A stretch of DNA of 64,000 bases from Octopus vulgaris (lineage: Eukaryota), in contig OX597825.1 in assembly GCA_951406725.2 (NCBI GenBank), positions 52,204,001 to 52,268,000 on the forward strand. The letters run 5' to 3'. Within the stretch, counting starts at the first letter, position 1, and the number at the start of each line of letters is the position of its first letter. Position numbers and translations under genes: made by a program. A model generated the notes under the pieces. That model had not been told where the DNA came from. It was given only the letters and a program-made list of their open reading frames with translations, and ran no database searches. Below are positions 13,628-27,430 of this stretch, piece by piece.

Positions 13628-14532
13628 CAACAACTCCTTCATCTTCATATTCTCCACCTCATCTGGAAGCTATAAGGTAATGATTTTACTGTGGAATTGT
13701 ATTGTGTCAATTATGGCCTTCATCAAATTGAATGTAAAAATTACTGTCTTTTCCAGTCAAAACAGTTATTTAAACCCTTCATTTCCATGTAAATACTTTT
13801 TTCGCAAGATTTTGTCAAGAAACGATAATCACTGGCTGGAATTAATGTCTGGAATTGGTGAGGTGCTAAAGTGATTTCAGAAGTTCACATTTCACTTGTC
13901 TTAGCTGTTCATTTTCATATTTAAATGTATGTATTGGACAAAATGCTCATATCACCGTTTTAAAGGGAAGATAACAGCTGTTTGAAGCAATTTAATCAAC
14001 TCCCAGGTTTTTGTAGTTGTGTGGTTATACTCATAAGGAAGGAGTTTGCACCCATTACATGAGCAACAACAAGATTCTGAGAATAAAATTTGATTATTTT
14101 ATATTCCTTCACTTAACCAAGATTTCAGAGAGACCTCCTAGATCATCAAGTCATTTAGGGATGTTTACCTGGGATACACTGCTGTGATTAAGATTTATCA
14201 CTCATCCACTTCATGCTACGAATTGAGCTAAAGACCAAACTGTTAATCAATTTAGTAACAATATAATGTCTTCCTTTATCATACAGAACTTTTTATTTCA
14301 AAGAATTCATACGATTCAAAACAATATTGCAGACTTTATGGTATTGTAGTTTACCCCTAGGTCAGTCCTCATTGAGCAGACTAAAGATTAAAAGGTTTTT
14401 ACTGTGGCCATCCCTCTCCCTTCAGAGACTATATCTGGGGCTCCATTGTCCAAAATGATTTTCCGTTTTATAAATAACTAGCAGAGATATCCCCACCTTG
14501 CTTGGGATTAAAATGACATTATTTTTTTTATT

Positions 14533-15006
14533 GTTTTACTTGTTTGAGTCATGTGACTGCGGCCATGCTGGAGCACCACCGTTGGTCGCAGAAATTGACA
14601 TCAGGATTTATTCTTTGTAAGCCTAATACATATTCTATCAGTATCTTTTACCAAACTGCTAAGTTAAGAGAATGTAAACACAACAACATCGGTTGTCAAG
14701 CAATGGTGAGAGTAGAAACACAAATAAACACACACACACACACATATCCATATTTGAACAGTTATGGGTATGAAGCATATACATATAATACTCTTTTACT
14801 CTATTATTTGTTTCATTCATTTGAGTTTGGCCATGCTGGAACACTGCCTTTTAATTGAAGAAATTGACTCCTGAACTTATTCTTTGTAAGCCTTGTGCTT
14901 ATTCTACCGATATCTTCTGCCAAACTGCTAAGTTATGGTGACGTAAACACATCTACATCGGTTTCTAAGCAATGTTGGGGGAGAACAAATACAGACACAA
15001 ATACAG

Positions 15007-15047
<41 letters not shown>

Positions 15048-15180
15048 GAACAGACTTCTTTCAGTTCCATCAACCAAATCCACTGACATGGCTTTGGTTG
15101 GCCAAAGGTGCCATGCAGTGGGACTGAACCCGGAACCATGTGGTTGGAAAGCAAGCTTCTTAGCACACAGCCATGTCTGC
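14533..15180 (-). mobile_element. Two tandem family-A SINE copies (one partial)
   Basis: Two ttgttt(c/g)a(g/t)tcat...ggccatgctgga tails at ~14540 and ~14808; head acacagccat at ~15165. Confidence 0.8.
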
Positions 15181-15203
15181 ACCTATATATATATGCATAT
15201 ATA

Positions 15204-15430
15204 AGGCGGCGAGCTGGCGGAATCGTTAGCACGCCAGACGGAACGCTTTGCGGTATTACGTCTGTCTTCATATTCTGAGTTCAAATTCCGTCGAGGTCGA
15301 CTTTGCCTTTCATCCTTTCGGGGTCGATTAAATAAGTACCATTTACGCACTGGGGGTCGATTTAATCGACTTAATTCGTTTGTCTGTCCTCTCTGTGTTT
15401 AACCCCTTGTGGGTAGTAAAGAAATAGATA
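15204..15430 (+). mobile_element. tRNA-like SINE, family C (Meta-domain-like), with Tx1/L1-LINE-like 3' tail
   Basis: Head aggcggcgagctggcggaatcgttagc, B-box-like gagttcaaattcc, core gcctttcatcctttcggggtcgattaaataagtacca; tail resembles the reverse complement of 23694-23735. Confidence 0.85.
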
Positions 15431-15448
15431 TATATATGCATATGTATG

Positions 15449-15490
<42 letters not shown>

Positions 15491-15573
15491 CATAAATTTG
15501 CATATGTATATACATATATATACAAATATATGTAGATATATATACATATATATATATGCACACACATATATAC

Positions 15574-15618
<45 letters not shown>

Positions 15619-16848
15619 GTGAAAGTATTAATAGTTTCACTATTAAAACTGAAAGTAATATCTCACATTACAATAGAGATGTTATTGTTTCACTTTTTGG
15701 GCCTGCATTAGACAAGAAGTTGAAAATATGTTTGGCTCATGACACTGCATGGAACCTAAGCAAGGCATGTGTAAAATTAGAATGAAATCGGTTGGGTAGT
15801 TTTTGTGTTTTATTGATTAGTGATGCACACATACAGACAGATAGACACACTTTCTCGGTTTTATTTATATAGATTAGGTGTATAATGAAGGATATTTGGC
15901 TAGCATGTCAAATGATCTAGAGGCTTTTCACCTTATGTAACTTATACTACTTTAAGGCAATGAAATGGTAGAAACATTAAAATCTTAAATAAAATGCTTA
16001 ACAATATTTGTCCTGACTCTTTGTATGAAATAGGGAGAGAGAAACTGAAGAAGCCTGTTGTGTGTGTGTGTGTGTGTGTGTGCGTTTGACTTCTTGTTTT
16101 TATGCGTTTCATGTTTGGAATAAAGCAACAGGCTTGTTATCAAGTACAAAAGTAAACCATGAAAGCACATCCAGATTTTTTAAAAGAAAAGTTGCTTGTA
16201 ACTATACCCTGGCTGTTTTGTAGTTCAACTAAATTGTGGGGTGAGGGAATTATTGCCTCACATGGATACAGAGGAGGTTTCATTGGCCCAAAAGGCATCC
16301 AGCTATAGAAAATTTGCCTCAACAAATTATGGCTGCCCCATGGAAACATAGGAAGGAAGACAGAAGGAGGACATTAAAACAATGATGGAAAAGATGGTGG
16401 TGGTGGTGGTGATAGTGGTGGTGACGATGACGACTATGCTGCTGCTGCTGCTGCCGCAGCAAAACACATCATTAAGGATGAATGTGTATACTAAAATAAA
16501 TATTAACTTGCTCCAGACATGATGCTATCAGTGGTTGAAAAATATTTGGAACCATATCCCCTCAGAATAGGGAAAGATTCGAAGCTAGTTTTAGAAATTC
16601 TGTACACCAGTTTGGTAACAGGTGCACCCATTATTCAGATTACTGTGGTCTCTGCAATAATGAGAAATTCATTAATTTCATCAAACTATAGATATGAGGA
16701 AACCAGAGTTACAAGCAACTGAATATACCAATGCAAAGTCATCTACAAGAATTATCTTTTCCACACCATCAATCAGCCCAAAAGATTATTTATGGACAAG
16801 GATATTAAATATTTTGAATAACAGAATGTTTTAAGTTGAAATTATAAT

Positions 16849-16850
<2 letters not shown>

Positions 16851-16911
<61 letters not shown>
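16851..16911. repeat. (TG)n microsatellite
   Basis: Direct reading. Confidence 0.95.
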
Positions 16912-16913
<2 letters not shown>

Positions 16914-17865
16914 ATGTGTGTGTGTGCATGCATGTGCACAAGTACACAGTATATATGTCTATGTTGAGTGTGTATGTTATTAAGAAACCACTAACAATGT
17001 TGAAATTTGGTTTTTAATAAGTATTATTCATTTCAGAATATTGATATTTCAGGCTCATAGTTGTTAGATATGATAAAACAAAAATAGAAATGAAATAAGG
17101 CTCAAAGTGATGGTGTATAGGTGTCAGTTGTTTGGAGAAGGCAGCAGTTTGATAAATTCAAGTTCATTGATTGTCAGAGATGTCAAAGCATTTCTTAAGC
17201 AGCTGCCAATCAGCATGATTTGTTTTTTTCCACAGTATTTCTGTCTTAATTACAAAACTCACTTCAACTGGAAATTAATTTGAACAAAAACATACAATTC
17301 ATAGTAGAACCTAATTCTGTTTTAAAGCAGCCCACATCTTATACAAGATATTTTTGGTACATTAGCAACCCATACAACATAATTTTTGCACACATCACAT
17401 AACGTTTCCTGCATAGAAAAGTTTAGCCATCACCCACTAAGGAGTATGACCTGATAGCTTATATCATACATTCACTAACTGTTTTGGGTGGCCCTGTTGT
17501 CTTAAGTGGACATAAACACACTCTGAGCCCTCCAAGGGGATTAACAAAGGTGTAACGCATAAAAGTAGGAGGTTGTACTAGCACCAGTTAGATACCCATT
17601 TGCAGTCAAGTAGACTGGGGAAACAGAAAATGATGTGCATTCCACAAGTACAGAACACCACCCAATACTGAGATCAAACCCACAACCTTATGATCATCAG
17701 CCTAACACACTGACCACTCAGCTATGTTATAACCAGCAGAATTGTTACCACATTGGACAAAATGCTTAGTGGCATTTCTTCTGACTTTATGTTCCAAGTT
17801 CAAAGCCACTGGGTCCAACTTTGTTTTCCATCCTTTCAGAGTTGATGCTGGGCCTCACATGCTGG

Positions 17866-18192
17866 GCATGTGTATGTGTATATGTATTTGTGTGTTGCTG
17901 TGTGGTTAAGAATTTCATTTCATAACCATGTAGTGTTGGGTTCAGCCTCAGGCCAACCAACGGCCTGGAAGTGAATTTGGCTGATAGAAACTGTGTAGTT
18001 GTCTGTTGTGTTCTTGTAGTTGTATTTGTCACCCTTCCACTGCTTGACAACCAGTGTTAGATTTTTTATCCCCCCACAAATATGTCTAAAAGGACAAATA
18101 CCCAAATTCAAATAAACACAAGGGGCAATTTGCTCAAGTTGACCTACAAGGTGGTGCTCCAGCATGGCAACATTTCAATAACTGTAACAAGT
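17866..18192 (+). repeat. Copy 1 of a 327-bp local direct duplication (degenerate family-A SINE plus flank)
   Basis: Near-identical to 19552-19878, including shared deletions. Confidence 0.92.
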
Positions 18193-18299
18193 GACTGGGA
18201 GGTGTGGCAATTTGCTATACTTGATAAGATATATCAAGATAAGTCCTCGACATATACAGTCTTGTCCTTTCAGATGTCAGTGTCACATAAAAAGAACTT

Positions 18300-18545
18300 G
18301 TGTAAGCATTGCTTGAATGCACCTGCACCAGTGCTGCGTAAATGCACTCATGCTGTTGGCATGCAGAAACCACACAACACACTCTGCTAAGTGTTTGGCA
18401 TTAGGAAAGGCATCCTGCTGTAGAAACCATTCCACAACAGACAGTTGGAATTTGAATGCTCCCGAATAGCCAACCCCATGTCAAACCCTTCAACCCATAT
18501 GAGCATGGAAAGCGGACATTAAATGATGATATTGATGATGATGAA
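18300..18545 (+). mobile_element. Diverged RTE LINE 3' end fragment
   Basis: ggcattaggaaaggcatcctgctgtagaaac...catggaaagcggacattaaatgatgat. Confidence 0.75.
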
Positions 18546-19136
18546 TAGAGCTGGAGGGTCAATGTTTATGACTTACCCTCTCTTACAAAAATGCTGGTTG
18601 TTTGCCAAAATTTGAAACCAATAATGTCACATAAAATATTCTCTAAATCATCACTAATAACACAGCTCATACTCTTATATATCTGATACCCAATGCTATT
18701 ACAGTAACAACCAAGATTCTACGCTCCTGTAACATATTAATTTTACACAAACCATATATCATACATCATACACAATAGGCATTTAATGCTGAAACACATA
18801 ACACCTATCACACAGCAATTATATGTAACATTTAACAATGTAACACAGATACAGTGTAATATTCTCTTACACAATAGAGGAAACACTAAAATAACATAAG
18901 AAACAATTAGCCAAACCATCCTCACAGCTAAATGACATGGCTCAACATAAGCAAAACGTAATGTTGCACATGCCTCCGGAACATGCAGGTGCTTCTGATA
19001 ATGCAGTAGAATCTCACATGACATTGTCAAAATATAATAATAATAATAATAATAATAATTTATTTTCTAATGATAACAAAATAATAATTTCCTTAATAAT
19101 GATAATAATAATGATAATAACAACAACAACAACAAC

Positions 19137-19191
<55 letters not shown>

Positions 19192-19551
19192 GTCATCATC
19201 ACCATTTTCACCATGTGTTCTTTGATGCTGGCATCACTTAGACTGTAAACTTACAGAGCATATTTGGCACAATGACAGATTGCTAATGTGTGAATTGTTG
19301 GGCAGTTCACTGCAGATGTTGTAACATTTTGAATATCGTTTGTGATATGGGGGGAGATACATAATAAATGAGGAGGGGTAAGAGTGTTTTCCCCCTCAAG
19401 CCAAATGGTTATCTCGTTGCCAACTAATGTGTATCTTAAGGAATGTTGATAATGACAACCAAATAAACCAACAGCTTTTATTGTGTGCATGTGTGTGAAT
19501 ATATGAGTGTATACAATTGAGTGTGTGTGTGTGTGTGTGTGTAATGTACAT

Positions 19552-19878
19552 GCATGTGTATGTGTATATGTATTTGTGTGACGCTGTGTGGTTAAGAATT
19601 TCATTTCATAACCATGTAGTGTTGGGTTCAGCCTCAGGCCAACCAACGGCCTGGAAGTGAATTTGGTTGATAGAAACTCTGTAGCTGTCTGTTGTGTCCT
19701 TGTAGTTGTATTTGTCACCCTTCCACTGCTTGACAACCAGTGTTAGATTTTTTATCCCCCCACAAATATGTCTAAAAGGATAAATACCCAAATTCAAATA
19801 AACACAAGGGGCAATTTGCTCAAGTAGACCTACAAGGTGGTGCTCCAGCATGGCAACATTTCAATAACTGTAACAAGT
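19552..19878 (+). repeat. Copy 2 of the 327-bp local direct duplication
   Basis: Near-identical to 17866-18192. Confidence 0.92.
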
Positions 19879-19924
19879 AAATGGGTAAAAGATTATATGT
19901 ATATTGGTAGGTGGATCTTTCTTT

Positions 19925-20370
19925 CCTCTCTTTTACTTGTTTCAGTCATTAGACTATAGCCATGCTGGGCCACCTTGAGGTTTTAGTCGAATGAATTGAC
20001 TCCAGTACATATCTTTTTTAGCCTTGTACTTATTCTATCAATCTCTTTGCTGAACTGCTAATTTTCAGGGATGTAAGCACACCAATACCAGTTGTCAAGC
20101 GACAGTGGGGAACAAACACAAACACACACACACACACACACACACACAAAGGATGATGATGATGTTGATGATATATATATGTGTGTGTGTGTGTTTATAT
20201 ATATATATATATGATATGACAGGCTTCTTTTAGTTCCCATCTAGGAAATCCACTCACAAGGCTTTCATTAACCTGAGGCTATAGTAGAAGACACTTGGCC
20301 AAGGTGACACACAGTGGGGCTGAACCTGGAACCATGTAGTTAGGAAACAAAATTCTTACCATACAGCCAT
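19925..20370 (-). mobile_element. tRNA-derived SINE, family A
   Basis: Matches the reverse complement of 37786-38190. Confidence 0.85.
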
Positions 20371-20517
20371 GGAGTGGTTGGCATTAGGAAGGGCATCCAG
20401 CTGTAGAAACCTTGCCAAATCAGATTGGAACCTGGTGCAGCCTTCTGGCTCGCTAGCCCTCAGTCAAACTGTCCAACCCATGTCACCATGGAAAGCAGAC
20501 GTTAACTGATGATGATG
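20371..20517 (+). mobile_element. RTE LINE 3' end fragment
   Basis: ggagtggttggcattaggaagggcatccagctgtagaaac...gacgttaactgatgatgat. Confidence 0.85.
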
Positions 20518-20694
20518 CCCGATATCATATATTGTCTCAAACATGATGTTCTATAAGACTTTTATACTCATCAAGAATAGTGACTGAAACTTTCATCTTT
20601 ATCTAATATAAATACAAAGACATACACATACACAAATGCAAAGATAGAAATTAGTCAAAATAATGTAATCATCTTGGTAAACAGAAGTTTTATT

Positions 20695-20900
20695 GTTTGG
20701 TATGGAGTTGGTCCCCTTTGACATTAATAACATCTTTGATACATTGAAGAATTCACTAGTACAGTCTCTGAACAGTCGTTTAGAGAATTTTGAGTTATTC
20801 TTAGAGTAAGACCTGCTCTAACTCTTTTAGCGGTGAAGGGAAGCAACTCCTCAGTTGCTGTTTCAAATTACACCATAAGGATTTGGTTAGGGTAAGATCC
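20695..20900 (-). pseudogene. Tc1-family transposase C-terminal remnant
   Basis: Minus-strand translation SLWCNLKQQLRSCFPSPLKELEQVLL*E*LKIL*TTVQRLY...GPTPY, resembling the Tc1 C-terminus (..EL...L.EEW..I....Q.L..S...R..AV...KGGPTPY). Confidence 0.65.
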
Positions 20901-22379
20901 ATTGAATGTAGTGGTGCTGGTGGCAGTGGTGGCAGTGGCGGTGACGTCGGTGGTGGTGGTGGTGGTGATGGTGAGCTATCCAAACTGTCTGATTCACTTA
21001 GGGTACAATGTTTGTACCATAGAAGAGACATGATCAGACAATATACACAGGCAAACCTAGGTGCTAACTTTACTTTGCATATAACTAAAGGGCTAAGGGA
21101 GTATCATGATATAACAATCAAATCACCGCAAAACCACCAATATGTTTCATAATAGGGACCAGACAGTCATGGCTGAATTTTGTCTCCAAACATATACTCC
21201 CACTGAAATGAATGATAATTCATCAGAGAAGATGATTTTATTCCAGAGCCATTGACCACTTCAAATAGTAAAGGCACTATTTTTTTCTACTTCTCAATCT
21301 TGACAACGGTGAGGAGAGATTTAGTAATTACACCCTTCCTACAGAATCCAGCTTTAGAAGCTCATAATAGACAGTTTTGGTTGATATCGGGTTGGCAAGA
21401 TGATGGGTCAACTCTGCTGTGATTATTTAGAGACAGTATTTCTCAAAACATTAAGCTGTTCAACAGTTTTAGCAACTGAAGCTCTAGCCATTTGGGAATC
21501 AGACAGATCACACGTTTTAACTTATTTAAATATAAATATTTGAAAATAAAAAAAAAGAAAAGAAAAACTGAGGGCTGTATCATGAAGTAAAAGGTATACA
21601 TAATGCATATGAACAGACTGAAAGAGATATAATTTTGTCATTGCCAATAGAAGAAAAATTGGTTAAATTAAAAGTGCCAATAGAAAGTGCCTTTATTTTG
21701 TCCAACCATTGTGTACATACGAAAACATATATATATATATATATGTAGGTGTGCATGTATATATATATATATATGTAATACATCCCCCCCCACACACACA
21801 TAATCACCATCATGTTTATGCCCACTATCTATACTGGTGTGTGTTAGGTTGTCAGTGTCCAAGTTACCTCTCTTTGGAAATTCAAAGACTAGGTGCTCAT
21901 ATGTGTCATTTGGCCAGGTTTGTTTTCTTTGATACCCTTCCTAATGCCAACCACTTCAACAAAAGTGTACTTGGTGCATTTTCTTGTGGCATTAAGACTA
22001 GAGATGTTGAAGAGTCCTTGGTGAGATAGAACTAGGGGGACCCCATAAACCTAAGCTCTCTCTACTCCTTTAGCTGATTATTTATAGTATGCATAGTCAC
22101 TGGAATGGAGGCCTTATACACAATGGATGTAAATTTAGAGTTTATTCATCAACCTAAAGTGCATATACTGAGATGGGAAATAATAAGAAACAATATAGAA
22201 ATAAAATTTTAATCATTCAAAGACTATATTTTTGTTTCAATGGCTTGGCTAAATTTCATCCAGTGTGCTTGTTGGTGGCATTTATTAGTGGCAAGATAAA
22301 ATACAACTGATGCTTAATGAGCAGTTTAGAATCTCAAACAGGCCTGAATGACAATACTTCTGAAAATGTACAGTGTATC

Positions 22380-22606
22380 TTAACCCTTTTGTTACTGTAT
22401 TTATTTTGAGATGCTCTGTGTTTCTTTCAATTACTTTAATATAACAAAGAATTTAGTAAAATAACTTAGTTATCATTCAACTAGTGTTAGGAACATAAAT
22501 TGTGACTAAGGTTTGATAGAAAATTTTAATTCAAAGCTTATGAAAATAAGATATTTGTACTCAGAGCCAGAGCCAGTTTCAGCCGGATTGGTAATAAAAG
22601 GGTTAA
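22380..22606. mobile_element. piggyBac-type MITE
   Basis: TTAA at both ends; TIR cccttttgttac / gtaataaaaggg. Confidence 0.85.
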
Positions 22607-22811
22607 AGTAACAATTAATATTCCTTAGAAGGTGGCTAGCTTAGTGGCATTTCATCTTTATGTTCTAAGTTCAAATTCTGTTCAAGTTAACTTTGCTTTT
22701 TTCCTTTCAGGGTTGATGAAATAAGTAATCATTGAGCACCGGGGTCAATGTAATTGACTTATCCCCTACACCAAACTTATTGGCCTTGTGCTAAAATTTG
22801 AAACCTAAAGA

Positions 22812-23578
22812 TTAACCCTTTAGCCTTCAGATTATTGTCAAATGTAATGCTTATTTATTCAGTTGTTTTGTATTAATCATGCATCATCTCATGGCTGTGA
22901 GATTGTGATGATATGAGTTTTCACATTTAGATTGACACTGTACGGTAGATGTGGGAGGCCAGATCTGGCTGGTTTGAACATGAAACATTATCATCATCAT
23001 CATCATCATCATTATTATCATCATCATGATCATCATCAAACGTCCATTGTCCATGTTGGCATGGGTTGAACAGTTTGACTTGGTCTGGTAAGCTGAGGGG
23101 CTGCATCAGGAAACACTCTGATTTGGTATGGTTTCTATAGCTAGATGCCCTTCCTTAACACCAACCACTCCAAGTGTGTGATGGGTGCTTTTATGTGCCA
23201 CTGGTGTGGGTGCCAGTTGTGTGACACCAGTATCTGCCATGACTATGATTTCACTTGGCTTGATGGGTTTTCTACTCAAGCATGATATATAACCAAAGGT
23301 GCTTTTTACGTGCCGCCAGCACAGGTTCTAGTTATGTTACACTGGCATCAGCTACATTGTGCCCCTGGGGCCCAATGCTTGTAAGGTGCTCTTTTTGGGC
23401 CAGTTATGTGACACCAGCATTGGCCACAACTATGATTTTGCTTGACTTGACAGGTCATCTCAAGCATGGCCTGTTGTCAAAGGTCTCGGTCTCTTGTCAT
23501 TTCCTCCATGAAGCCCAACGTTTGAAGACCGTAGAATATTTTGGCCTGATATGACTGGAATAAATGTTAATGGTTTAA
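22812..23578. mobile_element. piggyBac-type MITE interrupted by an RTE 3' fragment (22988-23530, minus strand)
   Basis: Starts TTAAccctttagc and ends with a degenerate gttaatggtTTAA; the insert has a (CAT)n tail and RTE 3' UTR motifs. Confidence 0.6.
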
Positions 23579-23629
23579 TATCTCTCAGTAACATTACCTG
23601 GCTGAGAATTTGTCATAGTTACAACAATG

Positions 23630-23668
<39 letters not shown>

Positions 23669-23993
23669 TAGATAGATAGATAGATAGATAACTTTCTTTT
23701 ATTAGCCACACAGGGCTGAATACAGAGGGGACAAATACAAATGCAGAGCTTTTCTTTTCGAGGGTGGAAAAAAATAAAAATGTAAGATTGCGATCAAAAG
23801 GGATCGAGAGGAGGAAAAAAAGGAAAAAAAAAGGAAATCGTGTATCACAGAAATAATGATGTAAACATTGATATAACAAGATTGGGTTCATCCGTGGGAA
23901 AGAAAAGCCTACAGAAAAGACCACGGGAACCCCAGTCAGGGAGGAAATAAACACATGAGGTCAAAAATGCTCTCTTTCTTTCTTTTTTACGAT

Positions 23994-26900
23994 CTACAGG
24001 ATCATGCTCAAAATGGTTTCGTTACTAGCACGCACCATCTTTGCAACATTCACCCATCTTTTTTTGAATCTTTCACGAGACAAAACTTCCCTCTCCATTC
24101 TCACCTTCCTTTTCAAGTGGTACTTGAAAAAGTTGATGAGCGATTGGCCAGAGAGGTAAGTGTTTGTCTCTAATCCTTTCGCTCGAGTCCACCACACACA
24201 TTCTTTCACCATGGCCACCAGTACGATGAAAACTGCCTTGCCTTCCCGGTTGAGGGAAGGGGGCGGAGCAATTCTCACGATAGACTCGGCCGATAGGCGG
24301 ACTCGTCCCACACGTGACAGCAGCCGTTCGGCATAAGCCCACAGGTCGGAAATGGTTGGACATTGCACGAGTGCGTGCAGAACGGTTTCGTCGCTCTGAC
24401 CGCATCTCGGGCAAGTCGGTCCAGTGTGTCTGGAACCGTGTCTGTAGAGCTTATCCCGAACAGGTAATGCTTCTCGATAGCACTGCCAGGCCAGGGATCT
24501 TTGGTGATTGTTCATAGGTCCCGGCCCGAAAGTTGTCCTGAACAGGCAGGTCAGGTGTTCCTCGTCGACGCCCAGACTCTGCCCGAGTTCGTCGTCGCAC
24601 CTCCCCTCCACTAATCCTCTATAGAATGCCTTTGTTGTGATGGAGTCGCACAAGTTCGATCCCGGACGGCAGAGTTGCTTGAGAGCAACGCGACACTCGC
24701 GGTGCCATTCGCCTAGCCTCGGTCTCTGCTTGATCCATGACTGTAGTTCGTCCAAGGAGACGAGCTGCGGGAAAGCGCGCCGCACAAAGGCGACCACCCC
24801 TGTTCACCGTTGTCTATGAAGCGCCGGAGATGTCGCAGTCTCAGCGCATGTCTGCACATCATCAACCACGGCATGCCCAGCCCTCCATTTAGCGGGTGTT
24901 GGCAGCAAATGGATCGCCTAACCATCGGAACGTTTCCCTTCCACAAGAAGCGGAAGAGTATGCGTTCCAGTTTGGTGATGGTAGGGTCGGGACAAGGCAC
25001 GACGGTCAGACGATACTCGATGACGGATGCGATGTACGCGTTCGCCACCTCCGCCCGACCTTTTAGGGATAGCTTTCTCTCAGTCCATTTCTGGGTGAGA
25101 GTAGCCACCCTAGTCGTTATCTCGCCCCAGTTCTTCTCCATTTGGAGGTCCGGACCAAACCAGACCCCGAGCAATTTAACCGGTCCGTCCGTCCAGCGTC
25201 CCACGATGGAGACGCTGTTGGACGGCATGGGCTTGCTTCTCCAGGTGCCGAGCCGCAAGCCCACTGACTTTTCCCGGTTAATTTTTGCTCCCGTTACCGC
25301 TTCGTATTCTTTCAGTGTCTCGCCGACCAGCTCGATGTGCTCGTAGCTCGACACTATGACGGTGACGTCATCCGCGTATGCAGACACGCTCCTCCCGCAT
25401 CCCAGCTCTCGTGGGATGCCCCTCAGTGTCGCCAGTTTCCGCAGTAGTGGCTCAAGAGTCAGTACATACAGCAGCGATGAGAGGGGGCATCCCTGACGAA
25501 CCGAATGCATGATGTTAAAAGGTTTGGATAGATGACCATTTACGCGAACTACTGAGCGGATGCCGCTGTATAAGGCAGCGATCCAACCGCGGAAAACTGG
25601 ACCGAAACCAGCCGCTTTGAGGACAGCCTCCAAGTAGTGATGGTCTACCCTATCGAAGGCTTTTGATTGATCCAAATTGATCAGCGCCCCACCCATGCCA
25701 GGATTTTTAACTACCCTGTCTATGATGTAGCGCATCAGATGGAGGTTGTCATGAATACTTCTACCCGGCACGGCGCATGTTTGCGCCTTGTCGATTAGTT
25801 TCTTGATGACAAGCGCCAACCTCTCGGCTAACACATTGGCCAAAATTTTCAAATCTGCGTTGAGCAGAGTGATGGGCCTGAAATTATCTATGACGTCCCC
25901 CTTGTTTGGGTCTTTCTTGATCAGTGCCACTGCTCCTCGCTTTACAAAAGCAGGAATACTCCCGTTCTGCTGCCAGTTGCAGTAGACAGCTGCCAAGACG
26001 CCTCCAAACAAGTCTGGCATATGAAAATAAAATTCGTAGGGCAGACCATCCAAGCCTGGTGACTTGTCTCTCGCGCAGCCTTCCATCGCATCCTGTACGT
26101 CCGCAGCTGTGATAGGCTTTTCACAAGACTCCACCTCCCTTGCTGAGAGTCGTGGCAAGGCATGCAGGTAGGCACTAAAGTCCACTCTGCTTTCTGACTC
26201 ACCACTTGTCCCAAACAGTTGGGTGAAGTGTTGTTGAAAAACCCCACACATCCTTTTAGGCTCGAGCAATTCGCGCCCCTGTTCATCTATAAGAGACTTG
26301 ATGGTGGCTCTGTTGCCTCGTTGCGTCTCCACCACTTGGGCCTCTTGGGCGGCTCCAACTCCTTCGTTCCTCAGAGCACGCATCCTAGCTCTGACAACGC
26401 ATCCCTCGTGTTTGGCGTTGAGGTGTTGGTCGAGGGCCAATCTCGCCGCCAGTACGTTGGACGCGATGCCAGTTCTAAGTGCCTCTTCTAAAACCTTAAC
26501 TAATTCTCCCTCTGTTCTATTTCGGTCTAATGCTAGGGCTCTACTGTATCTGACTGATTCTGCTTTAATCGCTTTTTTTAGGGCATACCACCATCTGTTG
26601 TTGATGATGGTACCCGTCAAAGCTCTCTTAACTAATGTGCTGATCCGGTCCCTGTAAACCTGTCGTGCTGTAAAAGACGCGTTCAGTTTCCAGTAACCAG
26701 GACCCTGTCTATGTGTCTTATCTAAGTCAAGTGTACAAGTCACAAACTTGTGATCTGTGTAACTGACTATATGAAATTGTGGACAACCTACACTATTTTT
26801 ATCTATTGTCCTACAGAATACTCTATCTAAGTATGATCTGGACGACCCGATGCGGTTACTCCATGTCCACATTGGCACATTCGGGTGGTCCAGTCGGTAC

Positions 26901-27430
26901 CTATCAGACAGTTGGAAACGTCTGAGCAGGTCTTTGAGGCATTTGCATCCCCTTCTATTGCTATCTCTGCCCACGTAGTCTAGATGCGTGTCCAGGGTGG
27001 CATTCCAATCCCCCACTAAAAGTAAAGGACGAGACGTTCCCATGAAAGACTCTAGACGTCGAAAGAAATCTGGTCGGCCTGTTAAGGACGGAGCATAAAC
27101 TGCTATCAGTCGAAAAGCACACTCATTGCTGCCATCGACATCCAAAACGACCAGCCTACCCTCCGGGTCTAGGAAATTTGCTCTTACTTTGAGATCCAGA
27201 CTCTTCCGGATAAGCACCGCGGTGCCACCTCCGCCCATTCTCGGTAGACACGGAGAAAAATAAATGTTGAAATGTGTACCGAAAATGTGCTGGAGTGCCC
27301 GCAAGCTGTGGAGTCTGGTCTCACTGATGGCTATGATATTCAGATTTAGTGACTTGATGTCATTTAACAGGTAGCCTTGTTTCCAAGGCGACCCCAAGCC
27401 ACGTACATTTATACTACCTATTCTGAGCAT
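23994..27430 (-). pseudogene. LINE ORF2: apurinic endonuclease, reverse transcriptase and C-terminal CCHC (zf-RVT-like) region; one frameshift near 24790
   Basis: Motifs SINVRG, ISETR, VYAPS, VGDWN, SYLDRVF, YTDH, KSPGLDGLP, FRPITLLN, LDQSKAFDRV, VRQGCPLS, AYADD; CPRC..DETVLHALVQC in ORF 23994-24797. Confidence 0.95.

Larger units (their letters stand above)
14478..15873 (-). mobile_element. Non-autonomous Helitron with nested SINEs
   Basis: Minus strand reads A|TCtatataaataaaaccgag...(CTGT)-type microsatellite...hairpin atcccaagcaaggtggggat...CTAG|T. Confidence 0.72.

Noticed and set aside
13389-13874. 161-aa Thr-rich ORF as a mucin-like exon
   Set aside because: Built from degenerate (CAC/CAA)n simple repeats, with no splice or domain support
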